Origin: Chiloscyllium plagiosum
Lineage: Eukaryota
DNA length: 64,000 bases
Assembly (NCBI RefSeq): GCF_004010195.1
Contig: NC_057719.1
Location: forward strand, 48,267,071 to 48,331,070
Direction: 5' to 3'
Shown here: positions 39,570 to 53,140 of the stretch, one piece after another
How positions within the stretch are numbered: position 1 is the stretch's first letter
Layout: each line of letters starts with the position of its first letter
Notes under the pieces: model-generated
What the model was told of the DNA's origin: nothing
The model's database searches: none
The model's input: the letters and a program-made list of their open reading frames with translations, nothing else
Made by a program: the position numbers and the translations under genes

Positions 39570-40400
39570 ATGCTCAAATGGAAGAAGACACAGAGAATAT
39601 CGAGGCTGTGCTGACAAGTGTCGGGTAACATTCATGCCACACGAGTGCCAGACAATGACCATTTCCATCAAAAAAGAATCTAACCATTGCTCCATGACAT
39701 TTAATGGTGTCATCATCACTGAATCTCTACTATCAATATTCTGGGGATTACTAGAATCTATTGACTAGAATCTGTACTAAACTAGCCATACTGTGGTTAC
39801 AAGGGGCAGGTCAGAGATGAGGAATTATGCAGTGAGTAACTCACCTCCTGACTCCCCGTATTCTGGTCATCATCTACAAGACACAAGTCAGGAGTAGGGT
39901 GAAATATTGCGTACTTGCCTAGATAGGTGCAGCTCTCACAACACTCATGAAACATGTTACCATTCAGGCCAAAGCTGCTTGTTTGATTGGCACCACATTC
40001 ACAATTCTCTCCCTCCATCATTGACACTCAGTAGTAGCAGTGTATATCATCTACAAGATATATCGAGAAATTCATCATGGCTCCGTGAACTGCATCTTCC
40101 AAACACATGACTCCCACCACCTAGAAGGACAAGGGCAGCAGACAAATGAGAACATCACTCCCTGTGAGCTCCTGGTCCAACTACTCACCATCCTGACTTG
40201 GAAGTATATCATCCTTCATTCAATGTCACTTGGTCAAAATCCTGGAACTTCATCCCTCATAGCATTATGGTCTGTCTACATTAAATGAACTGCAGCCGTT
40301 CAAGACAGGAACTCAGCACTTCCATCTCAAAGGCAACCAGGGATGAATAATAAATGCTGGCCCACCTAAATGTGTACATCCCATGAGTGAATTAAAAAAA
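39570..40400 (+). mobile_element. CR1/L2-group LINE 3' fragment
   Basis: Paralogous to 22185-23070. Ends taaatgctggcc...catcccatgagtgaattaaaaaaa. Confidence 0.75.
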
Positions 40401-41247
40401 TTCGAAACATTTAAGAATCCATCATATTGCTATAGACCTGTAAGTCAGGTAAGGATAGTACAATTCCTCCTCTAAAGGATGTTAGTAAACTAGTGAACTA
40501 TAGTGAATGTAGTAGAGAAAGGAAATAGACCCCTCTGGAGCAGACCATCTTGCCAGCCATGTACTAAGAGATGATTCCTGACACTTCACTAGACCAAATC
40601 TCTTCCATTCTCAGTGGCCATATACTGCACAGAAGTTTAATTCAAATGTTTTTACACAGGCACGTTTCCAGCAATGCGCTGACTAGCATTGAGCAGGGTG
40701 TTTCTCTTCTTTCATCTTCTTTATCTCATGTGCTTCAGTCTCTCTGAGTGAACAGCAAGCTTTTGTAAAACATACAGCATTATCTAGTCTTTAATCTGCT
40801 GAATGGAACATTCTGATTATGTAAAGTGAGTGGAGAAAGATTTGGTAAATATTCTTGCTCACCAACTCAAATCCCAGCTGTCAGATATCTTGTAATCAAA
40901 AAATCTACTTTGGCTTATGGCTGACTACTGTATATGTAGAAGTAATGAAATGTAATTTATTTTACTTTCAAGGCCGTTGTATGTCAATGCAAATAACTTT
41001 TGGTTTGTTGATTATTGATATTATTTGATATTGAGTTGAAGGATATTGGAGAATATGTATTGTGAATATATCTAAACTGTCAAACACCCAATGTTAGATA
41101 CAGAGAAAGGCTTCCATCAGTCCAGAATGGCAAAATGCCTCAATGCAATCTTCCTATTTCAATGAGAGTTTCCTATTCCTGGTCCAATTAGTCTCATGAC
41201 TAAATTAAATGAAAAACATTCAATACTGATTACTGACAGTTTGGAGA

Positions 41248-43592
41248 TAGAACATACATAGAACATAGAACATTACAGCGCAGTACAGGCCGTTCGCCCC
41301 TCGATGTTGCGCTGACCTGTCATACCAATCTGAAGCCCATCTAACCTACACTATTCCATGTACATCCATATGCTTGTCCAATGACGACTTAAATGTACTT
41401 AAAGTTGGCGAATCTACTACCATTGCAGGCAAAGCATTCCATACCCTTACTACTCTCTGAGTAAAGAAACTATCTCTGACATCTGTCCTATATCTATCAC
41501 CCCTCAATTTAAAGCTATGCCCCCTCGTGCTCGCCGTCACCATACTTGGAAAAAGGCTCTCCCTGTCCACCCTATCTAACCCTCTGATTATCTTATATGT
41601 CTCTATTAAGTCACCTCTCAATCTTCTTCTCTCTAACGAAAGCAGCCCCGAGTCCCTCAGCCTTTCCTCATAAGACCTTCCCTCCATACCAGGCAACATC
41701 CTCGTAAATCTCGTCTGCACCCTTTCCAAAGCTTCCACATCCTTCTTATAATGCGGTGACCAGAACTGTACACAATACTCCAAGTGCGGCCACAGCAGAG
41801 TTTTGTACAGCTGTAGCATAACCTCATGGTTCCGGAACTCGATCCCTCTGTTAATAAAAGCTAAAACACTGTATGCCTTCTTAACAACCCTGTCAACCTG
41901 GGTGGCAACTTTCAAGGATCTGTGTACCTGGACACCGAGATCTTGCTGCTCATCTACACTACCAAAAATCTTACCATTAGTCCAAAGTGAATCACCTCAC
42001 ACTTGTCCTCATTAAACTCCATTTGCCACCTCTCAGCACAGCTCTGCAGCTTATCTATGTCTCTCTGTAACCTACAACATCCTTCGTCACTATCCACAAC
42101 TCCACCGACCTTAGTGTCGTCTGCAAATTTACTAACCCACCCTTCTGCGCCCTCATCCAGGTCGTTTATAAAAATGACGAACAGCAGTGGACCCAACACT
42201 GGCCCTTGCGGTACACCACTGGTAACTGGACTCCAGGATGACCATTTCCCATCAACCACCACCTTCTGTCTTCTTTCAGCAAGCCAATTACTGATCCACA
42301 TTGCTATATCTCCCACAATCCCATTCCTCTGAATTTTGTACAATAGCCTGCTGTGGGGAACCTTATCGAACGCCTTGCTGAAATCCATATACACCTCATC
42401 AACCGGTTTACTCTCATCTACCTGTTTGGTCACCGTCTCAAAGAACTCAACAAGATTTGTGAGGCACGACCTATCTTTCACAAAACCGTGCTGACTATCC
42501 ATAATCAAATTATTCTTTACTAGATGATTATAAATCCTATCTCTTATAACCTTTTCCAACACTTTACCAACAACTGAAGTAAGGCTCACTGGTCTATAAT
42601 TACCAGGATTGTCTCTACTCCCCTTCTTGAACAGGGGAACCACATTTGCTATCCTCCAGTCTTTTGCCACTATTCCTGTAGACAATGATGATTTAAAGAT
42701 CAATGCCAAATGCTTGGCAATCTCCACCCTGGCTTCCCAGAGGATCCTAGGATAAATCCCATCCGGCCCAGGGGACCTATCTATTTTCACACTCTGCAGG
42801 ATTCCTAATACCTCCTCCTTGTGAACCTCAATCACACCTAGTCTAGTAGCCTGTATCTCTGTAATCTCCTCGTCAACATTGTCATCTTCTAGAGTGAATA
42901 CTGTTGAAAAATATTCATTTAGTGCTTCCCCTATCTCCTCTGACTCCACACACAATTTCCCACTACTATCCTTGATTGGCCTTAATCTTACCCTCATCAT
43001 TCTTTTATTCCTTAAATACCTATAGAAAGCCTTAGGGTTTACCCTGATCCTATCCGCCAACAACTTCTCATGTCTCCTCCTGGCTCTTCTGAGCTCTCTC
43101 TTTAGGTCTTACCTGGCTACTTTGTAACCCTCAAGCGCCCCCCTAACTGAGCCTTCACATCTCATCCTTCTCCACATAAGCCTTCTTCTTCCTCTTGACC
43201 AGAGATTCCACTTCCTTCTTAAACCACGGCTCCCGCACTCTACAGCTTCCCCCCTGCCTGACAGTTACATACTTATCTAGGACACACAGTAGCTTTTCAT
43301 TGAATAAGCTCCACATTTCTAATGTGCCTATCCCCTGCAGTTTCCTTATCCATCCTATGCTTCCTAAATCTTGCCAAATCACATTGTAATTGCCTTTCCC
43401 CCAGCTGTAAATTTTGCCCAATGGTATACACCTATCCCTTTCTATCACTAAAGTAAACATAACAGAATTGTGATCGCTATCACCAAAGTGCTCACCTACT
43501 TCCAAGTCTAACACCTGGCCGGGCTCATTACCCAGTATCAAATCTAATGTGGCTTCGCCTCTTGTTGGCCTGTCTACAAACTGTGTCAGGAA
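41248..43592 (-). mobile_element. young CR1 LINE, 5'-truncated ORF2 (EN end + RT)
   Basis: 369-aa and 189-aa ORFs with [37 protein letters not shown] and KFADD. 3' microsatellite tail (atagaac)n. Confidence 0.95.
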
Positions 43593-44814
43593 GTTTTGAC
43601 TTGAAGACATATGCTCCTGAATAGTTCATACAGGGTCTTTACAGCTTACAAGGAAACAGGACTCTGTGAGCACATCAGTCTTAGTTAAGTTCAAAACACA
43701 TCTAATAGGTGAAAAAGACTGAACTGCCAAACCATTCTATTCTGAGGGAATAATGATTAAAAGCAAAAAGAAGTTCACTGTAAAATCAATATAGAGGAAT
43801 TTAAGGGGTTATTAATATATAATTTAATGAATCAGAGATGTTTGGAATATAAATTTCAAAGGGAAATTAAATTTGTAGCTGTAAATTGATTGAAACTTTG
43901 GACTTCAGAAGTTGCCAGAATACACAATTAATTTACACGTCCAAAGTCTTTCCATGTATTCATACAAAGACAGATTTAGGAAAGTGAGAACTATAAAATG
44001 ACATATGGGCCCGTTTAGTTGGGGAATAGAAGGCAGCAAATGTGAGGAGAATTGCTCTGTCTTCATTAGAGATATGAATTATTCATTGTATTTCCCCAGA
44101 TCAAAGAAAAGTTTAAAAAGGCTGATAAACAAGGGAAGTACTTAAAGTATCTAATATACTGTACTTAGCACATCAAAGAAGAAGCTTTACAAATGTGGAT
44201 GATTGGTTTTACTCTGTATCCGGGACATCCCAGGCGTGCCAGTGCCATGAGGCTAAATTTTAGAGGATTTTGAATTGGGTTTATCTGTGTATTTTCTCGC
44301 AGAGAGAGAGAGAGAGAGAAAGCTGGCAACATTTGGGTGCATGCAAACAGATAAGATCAGTAGAAAAGCACTATCAGAAACAAGGGTTCTTTAAATGCTG
44401 GAATCATTAAAAAGAACACAATTAATCTTTTTGCTTGAGGTGCTTAAAAAGTCTTGAAAAATCACTGGCTAAATCTTGCCTAGTGAAAGGACCTTAAGAC
44501 ATCTCATATCTTGGAAAAAGCAGCAATACTGAGTAGAATTAAAAGTAAATTCCTATGAGGTGAGGCACAACTTAATTTGGTTGGAAGAAGTCAAGGAATT
44601 CCTGAGTTCCAGTAACGTAATGGATGGAAATATAAACAGAGCAGAAAGTGATTTTTTGAGATTGTTGACTTTAACATCTAAGTGTTTACAAAATGTGTAA
44701 GTGTTAATAGTATTTGCTTTGCTTAACTCCTATGCAATAAACGTTTTTGCTTGAAATATGAAATTTTGTGTTATAATTTTATGAATGAATATTTGAAATT
44801 ATTTGAATGAATAT

Positions 44815-45705
44815 TAGGCAAGCTGAGCAGGAGTGGACATGGGACTGCTGGGTAAGTGAGGCTGTATATTTGGGTGGTTGCTTTACCCGAAACACTATTC
44901 GGATAGTGTCTCCCACCCGTCCTCTTCCTCTAACCAAAAAAAGGTTCTGTGTGCTGGATTGAAAAGGTGACTAGTCTTTTATTTCCTCTCTTTTAGTTTT
45001 TGGTAGGCTTACTGGGAATTTAGAATAGTTGGAATGGAGGTTAGGGTGGTTTGAAGTTCCTCCTGCAGAATGTGGAAGGTAAGGGTCACTACAAGGTCCC
45101 TGTTGACTGTATCTGCGGGAAGTGCACCCACCTTCAGCTCCTCGAAAACTGCATTAGGGAACTGGAGCTGGAGCTAGATGAACTTTGGATCATTCAGGAG
45201 GTGGAGGGGGTGATTGAAAGGAGGTAGTCACACCTCAGGTAAAAGAAGAAGGTAGATGGGTTACCGTCAGGGAACAGAAAGGGAACCGCGGGCATTGCAG
45301 AGATCCCCTGTGGCGTTCCCCTCAATACTGTTTGGATACTGTTGGGGGGGGGGGGAATGACTTACCAGGGGTGAGCAATGTTGCGCAGGTCTCTGGCACA
45401 GAGTCTGTCCCTGTTGCTCAGAGGGAAGGGGGAAGAGGAGCAGACAATTAGTCATTGGGGACTCCATAGTTAAGGGTACAGACAGGAGGTTCTGTGGGAA
45501 TGAGAGAGATTCACGGTTGGAGTGTTGCCTCCCAGGTGCCACGATTCATGATGTCTCTGATCGTGTTTTTGGGATCCTTGTGGGGGTGGAGGGAGCAGCC
45601 CCAAGTCATTGTTCACATAGACACCAATGACACAGGTAGGAAGAGAGATGGGGATTTAAAGCTGAGTTATTATCTCTGGTTTGTTACCCATGCCACATGC
45701 TAGCG

Positions 45706-45754
<49 letters not shown>

Positions 45755-48006
45755 GGACGGGGTTGGGGGAAATGGGTGGGAGGGTGGCCTCGGACGGGGT
45801 TTGGGAGGTGGGCTGTGGGATGATTTTGGGGGCGGGCGAGGGCTTGCGCGCACTGTGCTGCTGCTAGTCTCCTGAACGGGGAGCAGACTTAATAGATAAC
45901 TCCAAGCCCTAGAGGAATTGATTAACCGAATAATCGATGATCCGAATGAAATTGTGCCTGCCCATTTTGTTTAGATGATCGAGGTTCCCCTGTACCTGTC
46001 AGACAGGAGGAATTTGTCGAGCACAGGAGCCGTAGTTTACTAAGGAAGTTGAATCTTTTGTCAAGAGGAAGAAGAAGGCTTATGTTAGGAGGAGATGTGA
46101 AGGCTTAGGGTGTTTGAAAGCTACAAGGTAACCAGGAACAAACAAAAAAAGAGCTAAGACGAGTAAGGTGGGGGGGGGGGGGGGGCACATGAGGAGTTGT
46201 TGGCGGATGTGATCAGGGAAAACCCGAAAGCTTTCTACAGGTATATAAGGAATAAAAGAATGACTACAGTAAGATTAGAGCCAATCAAGGACAGTAGTGG
46301 GAAGTTGTGCATAGAGTCAGAGGAGATGGGGAAGCGTTAAATGAATATTTTTTGTCAGTATTCACACTGGAAAAAGACAATGTTGTCGAGGGGAATACTG
46401 AGCAACAGGCTACTAGACTAGATGGGACTGAAGTTCACGAGGAGGTGTTAGAAATTCTTGAAAGTGTGAAAAGAGATAAATCCCTTGGGCCAGATGGGAT
46501 TTATCCTAGGATTCTCAGTGAAGCCAGGAAGGAGATTGCCGAGCCTTTGTTGTTGATCTTTATGTTGTCATTGTCTACAGGAATAGTACCAGAAGACTGG
46601 GGGATAACAAATGTTGTTCCCTTATTCAAGAAGGGGAGTAGAGACAACCCTGATAATTATAGACCAGTGAGTCTTACTTTGGTTTTCTGTAAAGTGTTAG
46701 AAAAGGTATAAGAGATAGGATATTTAATCATCTCGATAGGAATAAGTTGATTAGGGATAACATAGTTTTGTGAAGAGTAGGTCGTACCTCACAAACCTTA
46801 TTGAGTTGTTTGAGAAGGTGACCAAAGAGGTGGATGAGGGTAAAGCTGTTGATGTGGTGTATATGGATTTCAGTAAGGCGTTTGATAAGGTTCCCCATGG
46901 TAGGCTACTGCACAAAACATGGAGGCATGGGACTGAGGGCGATTTTGTGGTTTGGATCAGAAACTGGCTAGCTGAAAGAAGACAGAGAGTGGTGGTTGAT
47001 GGGAAATGTTCATCCTGGAGTTCAGTTAATAGTGGTGTACCGCAAGGATCTGTTTTGGGTCTACTGCTGTTTGTCATTTTTATAAATGATCTGGATGAGG
47101 GCGCAGAAGGATGGGTTAGTAAATTTGCAGACAATACTAAGGCCAGTACAGTTGTGGATAGTGCCGAAGGATGTTGTAGGTTAGAGCGCAACATAGATAA
47201 GCTGCAGAGCTGGGTGGAGAGGTGGCAAATGGAGGTTTATAGAAAAGTGTGAGGTGATTCACTTTGGAAGGAGTAACAGGAATGCAAAATACTGGGCAAA
47301 TGGTAAACTTCTGGTAGCGTAGATGAGCAGAGAGATCTCAGTGTCCATGTACATAGATCCCTCAAAGTTGCCACCCAGGTTGATAGAGCTGTTCAGGTGT
47401 GTTAGCTTTTATTAGTAGAGGGATTCAGTTTTGGAACCATGAGGTCATGCTGCAACTGTACAAAACTTTGCATTTGGAGTATTGCATGAGTTCTAGTCAA
47501 CGCATTATAGGAAGGATATAGAAGCTTTTGCAAGAGTTCAGAGGAGATTTAATCGGATGTTGCCTGGTATGGAGGGAAGGTCTTACGAGGAAAGGTTGAG
47601 GGACTTGAGGCTGTTTTTGTTGGAGAGAAGAAGATTGAGAGGTGACTTAATTGAGACATATAAGGTAATCAGAGGATTAGATCTCATGGACAGTGACAGC
47701 CTTTTTCCGAGGATGATGATGGCTAGCACAAGGGGGCATAGCTTTAAATTGAGGGGTTATAGATATAGGATAGATGTCAGAGGTAGTTTCTTTACTCAGA
47801 GTAGTAGTAGGGGCATGGGACGCACTGCCTGCAACAGTCGTAGACTTGCTAACTTACGGGCATTTAAATGGTCATTGGATAGGCATATGGACAAGAGTGG
47901 AATAATGTAGGTTAGATCGGCTTCAGATTGGTTTCACGGGGTGGCACAACATTGAGGGCCGAATGGCCTGTACTGCACTGCAATGTTCTATGTTCTATGT
48001 TCTATG
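44815..48006 (+). mobile_element. CR1 LINE with ORF1 (Zn finger + SGNH esterase) and ORF2 RT, with internal deletion/replacement
   Basis: ORF1 pieces CICGKC, LVIGDSIVKGTDRRFCG and VIVHIDTND. ORF2 [13 protein letters not shown] and GVPQGSVLG. Tail (ttctatg)n. Same subfamily as 41248-43592. Confidence 0.92.
45709..45748 (+). repeat. (TG)n microsatellite
   Basis: About 20 TG units. Confidence 0.95.
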
Positions 48007-48384
48007 AAAGTTAATGGTCTCCCTTGAGATCATAATGTTGCTTTCTTATGCAGAGTCTTGAACCTGCTAATTGATTTTGAGAGAAGGAAGCTGGGATTAC
48101 CATGGGTGATTCCAATAAAGTTAGAAAAGAAAATAAATTAAAATGCACTAAATATCATCATTTGTGACAATGGGAAGAATCTTGTGCTGCTTGCAAAGGC
48201 AAGAAGCAAGGTGGGCAGGGGAAATTAACTACGCAGTTGGTCAAAAATCAGCTAACTGATGAAGGGATGAAACTTAACTATTTAGTTCAAATGTGCTTGA
48301 AGGAAGGTAAAGTTTCCAAGTGACAAATAACTGGAAGCACTTTCGAGTTAAGTTATTTCATTCAGGAAAACTGATGCTCAATTT

Positions 48385-49530
48385 GAATTCGACCAGGCCC
48401 ACTCAGCTTCAACCTCATTACAGCCTTGGTCCAAATATAGTCAAAACCTGAATTCCAGAAGTGTGGTGACAGTAACTGCCTTTGACATAAAGGCAGCATT
48501 TGATGGGATATAATATAATATCAACGAGCCCAAGCAAAATTGGAATAATTGGGAATCAGGGAAAGCTTTCCACTGGCTAAAGAAATACCTGGTGCATCTC
48601 AACTGCAGGACATCACTGCAGTGATTTCTCAGGGTAGTGTCCTAGGCCCAACCATCTTAACTGCTTCATCAATGATTCTTTTATCTTTCATAAGTTTACA
48701 GGTGGGGATATTCAGAGATGATAGGACTATGTTCAACATCAATTGTGATTCCTCAGATACTCAAGCAGTCCATGTTCACGTGTAGCAGGTCACAGACAAT
48801 ACCCAGACGTGACCTAAGTGGCAAATAACATTTACTGCACACAATTGCCGGTAATGACTATCTCCAAGAGAGAATCTAACTGTCACCTCTTGATGTTCAG
48901 TGGCATTATCACTGATTAATCCTCACAATGAACATCCTGGGATATATCCCATTGACGATAAACTGAATGGGACCAGTCATGTGGCTGTGGCTACAAGACC
49001 AGATCAGAGGCAATTCTGTGCAAAGTAGCTTGCTTTCTGTATCTGAAATGTCTGTCCACCATCGACAAAGTAAAGTTAGGAGTTTGATGCAATATTCTTC
49101 ATTTGCCTGGATGACTAGCTCCAACAGTATTCAAGAAGCTCAATACATCCATGACAAAATAGCTTGCTAGGTTCATTTTTCATCTGTTCCACCACCAATG
49201 CTCAGTGGCAGTTATGTGTACCATCTACAAGATGCACTTCAATTCACCAGTGGTATTTTGACTGCAACTTCCAATCTGATAACCTTAACCACTTAGGAGG
49301 ATAAGATAGTTGATTCAGGGGAACACCACCACCAAATTCTTCTCCAAGCCACATGCTATCCACACTTTACTGTTGCTGGTTTAAAATCCTCAAACATTGT
49401 TCCTAACAGCAGTATGAATGTTCCTAAGACATGAATGGTTAAAGAGAGCAGCTCACCATTGCCTTCTCAAGATCATTAAGGATACAAACTAAATTCTGCC
49501 CTAGTCAGGGACCTGCACTTATCCCAGATA
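48385..49530 (+). mobile_element. CR1/L2-group LINE RT/3' fragment
   Basis: FDIKAAFD- and SQGSVLGP-encoding sequence. Paralogous to 22185-23070. Confidence 0.75.
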
Positions 49531-50525
49531 ACCCCAAACAGACGTGGTGATTGAAAAAGTCCACCCAGCACTGCTGGTAGCAGCGTTGCATTTGTGGAGT
49601 AATTGGTGCTTGGTGGTCCAGGGCCAAGTAGAGCAGCTGCCAGAATGTTAACAGGGAAAGACACAAGCAATACAGGATGCTGGCCACCAGGGTCCTGTAC
49701 AGTGATGAGAACTGGCACACAATCAATTCTGTATCCTACAGATGCTGAAGCTACCTGCAGATTTTTTTTTATTTCATGGGATGTAGGTATCATTTTCAAA
49801 GCCAGCATTTATTGCCCAGAAGCAATATGGGATCTGCTGCAATCATAGGATGCCCACAAGTATAAGGGGCAATTGATAGCTCCATGGTATCAGACAGTTG
49901 CATTCATTAATAGAACGAGATTTCACTTTCTGTGCTGCCAGTATGTATTGCAAAAAATATATCTTCAGTTGTGTGTTCTCATGAGAGTTCTCATGATGCC
50001 TACATCTAAACAACTTATAGCTGTAATAAGTGTTTGCTCATTGACTGTAGAGCTGGGTCATTGCTGACAGGAAATTACCACAGAGAACAGATTGATAACA
50101 CCAGTACAGAACCCATAATATTCCAACAAGCAAGGGTACAATTCCATCATGCAATAACAAGAGAGAGGATGGCACTGCTGTTAAAATAAAGTTTCACTCC
50201 TTGCGACCACTCAACAGACAGCACTTTGGGACTCAGCATCAGAAAGACTGTATGTCATTGTGTTCTGTTATGTTGTCCACAACCTTGCTTAGCAAAGAGG
50301 AGATTATTTTGCAGAGAGAGAGAGAGAGATATGTCAAGGAGTCAGTTGTGTCCTATGACAGAAAAATGGGAAAATGATGCTCCAATTAGGGAGGGGATGT
50401 GTGGCAGAAACCAAGGCGATGTTACAATACAGTAAATGGATCTGTGACAATCCTTTTGCTATTGGATTCAAGGCTGAATGAGATGCCAATACAACGGTAT
50501 GACGTTGTGGATTATAATCTGCAAT

Positions 50526-50605
50526 AGGGCTTTTGCCCGAAACGTCGATTTTGCCTGTCCTCGGATGCTGCCTGAATTGCTGTGCTCTTCCAGCACCACT
50601 GATCC
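50526..50605 (+). mobile_element. 80-bp family A element starting at hammerhead stem II
   Basis: 12-bp TSD ataatctgcaat at 50514-50525 and 50606-50617. Begins agggcttttgcccgaaacgtcg. Confidence 0.88.
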
Positions 50606-51969
50606 ATAATCTGCAATTGTCTGGGAGGCTGGGTTTCCCTTGAGGGCACAAATGTTTTATTTTGTTTTATTTCATTGCTCTTATGTTTTGTTAGCTGCAA
50701 TATTTTTTACATTTTCATATTAAACTGCTGGTATCGTGATCCTTGCGTGGGTCATTCTGAAACACCCCTTGCTTGTTCAACATGTACTGCTCAGACAATG
50801 TTGCAGATTCAATGCCAAGAGGAACACATCACGACCTGCATATTCCTGTGACCTCTGGCAGCAGGATGGAAAAATTATGCAGGCCCTTGGAACTAGCAAG
50901 TCCATATGCATACAACATTGGGAGCCACGTGAACCTTAAATTTGGCAGGGCTACACTCATTATTCATTGGCACATTTGCCAAATGGGGACAATGCCTTGC
51001 AAAGAATTAATCCAGACACCAGTAAGACATATAATGACCCCAGTTGCAGATGTTGCTGTGATAACAGTTTCAGTTGTTTAACAATCAGGTGAACACTACA
51101 AGTTGGGTTGCCAGCTGTCCTCCAAGACCTCAACTTTATACATAATGCCCAAGGTTCTATCCTACATATATCAGAATACTCAAGGATGCCACTGTTGATA
51201 ATGTAACATGATAAATGGTATAACCATGACCATTTATCCAAGACTGACTGGGAATGAAGTGCAACACCCTTACGTGCATATGACAACTGCAGCAGTATCA
51301 TGAAAATTAACATACATGAATAAAGTGAAATGAAACATAGCAATAATTTGAATATGTGAAACTCAAATAATGCTACACATTATTCGTTGCCACCTTCATT
51401 CCTTTATAAGTTTTAAATTTATTTTTTCTATTTCCATTGCTATGTTTAGTTGCTGGCTCAACATCGACAATTGCAGTGGTAACAGCTGCTAAGTGATATA
51501 CCCGTTGTTGATGAATTTGGTGGTTGTTGTCAGGTGGTCTGAGATCTAGAGGGCTGCAGCCTGAGGATGGTCTGATGCAGAGATGTAGATAATGCTCCTC
51601 AGCTGGAATTGCTTGTAGGGCTGTGGTCACTGTCAGAGGGCAGATGGAGTGTCTGAGAATTCCTGGCACTTCTCCTCTATGACAGTGCACCTGGCACTTC
51701 TGTGACTGCTTGAGGAGAAGGTGCTCTTGGACTGAACTACAGGGGCTTCATCCCGATCTCACTTAGCCTTTGATACTCTGTGCCAAACTTAGTGTGATGG
51801 AATGCAGGTCTGAATACATATGACAGCCACTGAGCATTCTGCTCTACCATGTCTTGCATGGTGGTTCCAATTTCCCCGTGGGAATTCCGTGTACCAAAGT
51901 CATGACTCTATGGATAAAGTGAACAGACTTCTGGATGTAAGTTTGCTCCCTGAGTTGGAAGATTCGTTT

Positions 51970-52009
51970 TCAAACGTTTCGTCACCATACTAGGTAACAT
52001 CATCAGTGA
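51970..52009 (-). ncRNA. minimal type I hammerhead ribozyme motif in the Penelope pLTR (family C)
   Basis: Minus strand: uca CUGAUGA u GUUACC-uaguau-GGUGAC GAAA CG UU uga. Stem I UCA/UGA, intact core, GUU triplet. Confidence 0.8.
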
Positions 52010-52705
52010 GCCTTTCGTGAAGCATTGGTGTTAGTGACCCCCTTTCTATTTATGTGTTTAGGTTTCCTTGGGTTGGTGATGTCATTTGCTGTTCTTTTGC
52101 TCAGAGGGTGGTAAACGGGGTCCATGTCGATGTGTTTGTTGATAGAGTTCTGGTTGGAATGTTGGTGCGACTAAATACAACCGGGAAATTTCGCACCAAA
52201 TAAGTTTACTCACTAAATTAACAGAATATGAATGGACAGACACAGTACAACGAACCATAGACATTAGACAGTGACAAACACAGAAAGTGAAAAAATTAGA
52301 CCTGCAGAGAAAACTAGACAAACTCACACAAAATAACAACACAGACAATGCAGAAGTATGGATAAAAAAACTTATCTGACCGAACCTTAACAAACGGAAA
52401 AATCCATCTTAGTAAGAGGATTAAATTACAACTTCCAGGATGCGGACAAGAAAGATTTCTTTGCAGCATTAGAAACAGCGCTGAAAGACAATGAACTCAG
52501 AAGGAACCCAGCAAACCATTAGATAGTCGGTCGACCAACATTAAGCAGGAAAAAGGAAGGAAACACACTCAATACACCAAAAAGGAAAGCACTAGAAGGA
52601 CTCAAAAAACATAAAAACATTGTTATCCTACCTGCAGATAAAGGACGCTTGACAGTCATTTTAAACCAAACAGACCACATTGAGAAAGTAAACACACTGC
52701 TTGCA

Positions 52706-53140
52706 TGATTCGGAGATGCCGGTGTTGGACTGGGATGTGTAAATCACAAAACCCTTTTTTTTAAAGTTGCATTCTCAGGTTAGCTGTTAATAATGGTGAT
52801 AGCTAGACAATATGTTGAAGGTGTTAGCCCCCTGTGTTCTCTGTCTATGACCTGATGTTTAGATTGATTCCAATCTAAAAAGTGAAATAACAGAGTTTTA
52901 CATAGTTTCACTTCTTTCATGAATTTATCACTGTATTCTAACAGATGAAAGGCTTAACAGACAATCAATTCTTCAATGTATAATTTTAGTTACATCACAC
53001 TGCAAATTTTTGCTATAAATTCTGTGTTACGATCGAGCCCTCCACAATCACCTGATGAAGGAGCGTCACTCCGAAAGCTAGTGTGCTTCCAATTAAACCT
53101 GTTGGACTATAACCTGGTGTTGTGTGATTTTTAACTTTGT
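52706..53140 (+). mobile_element. family B PLE 3' end nested in the Penelope ORF
   Basis: 12-bp TSD acactgcttgca at 52694-52705 and 53141-53152. A short inverted terminus is followed by about 300 bp of UTR and the hammerhead. Confidence 0.9.
53049..53083 (+). ncRNA. minimal type I hammerhead ribozyme motif (family B)
   Basis: CAC CUGAUGA (53052-53058) a GGAG-cguca-CUCC GAAA GC UA GUG. Stem I CAC/GUG and palindromic stem III AGCU. Confidence 0.8.
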
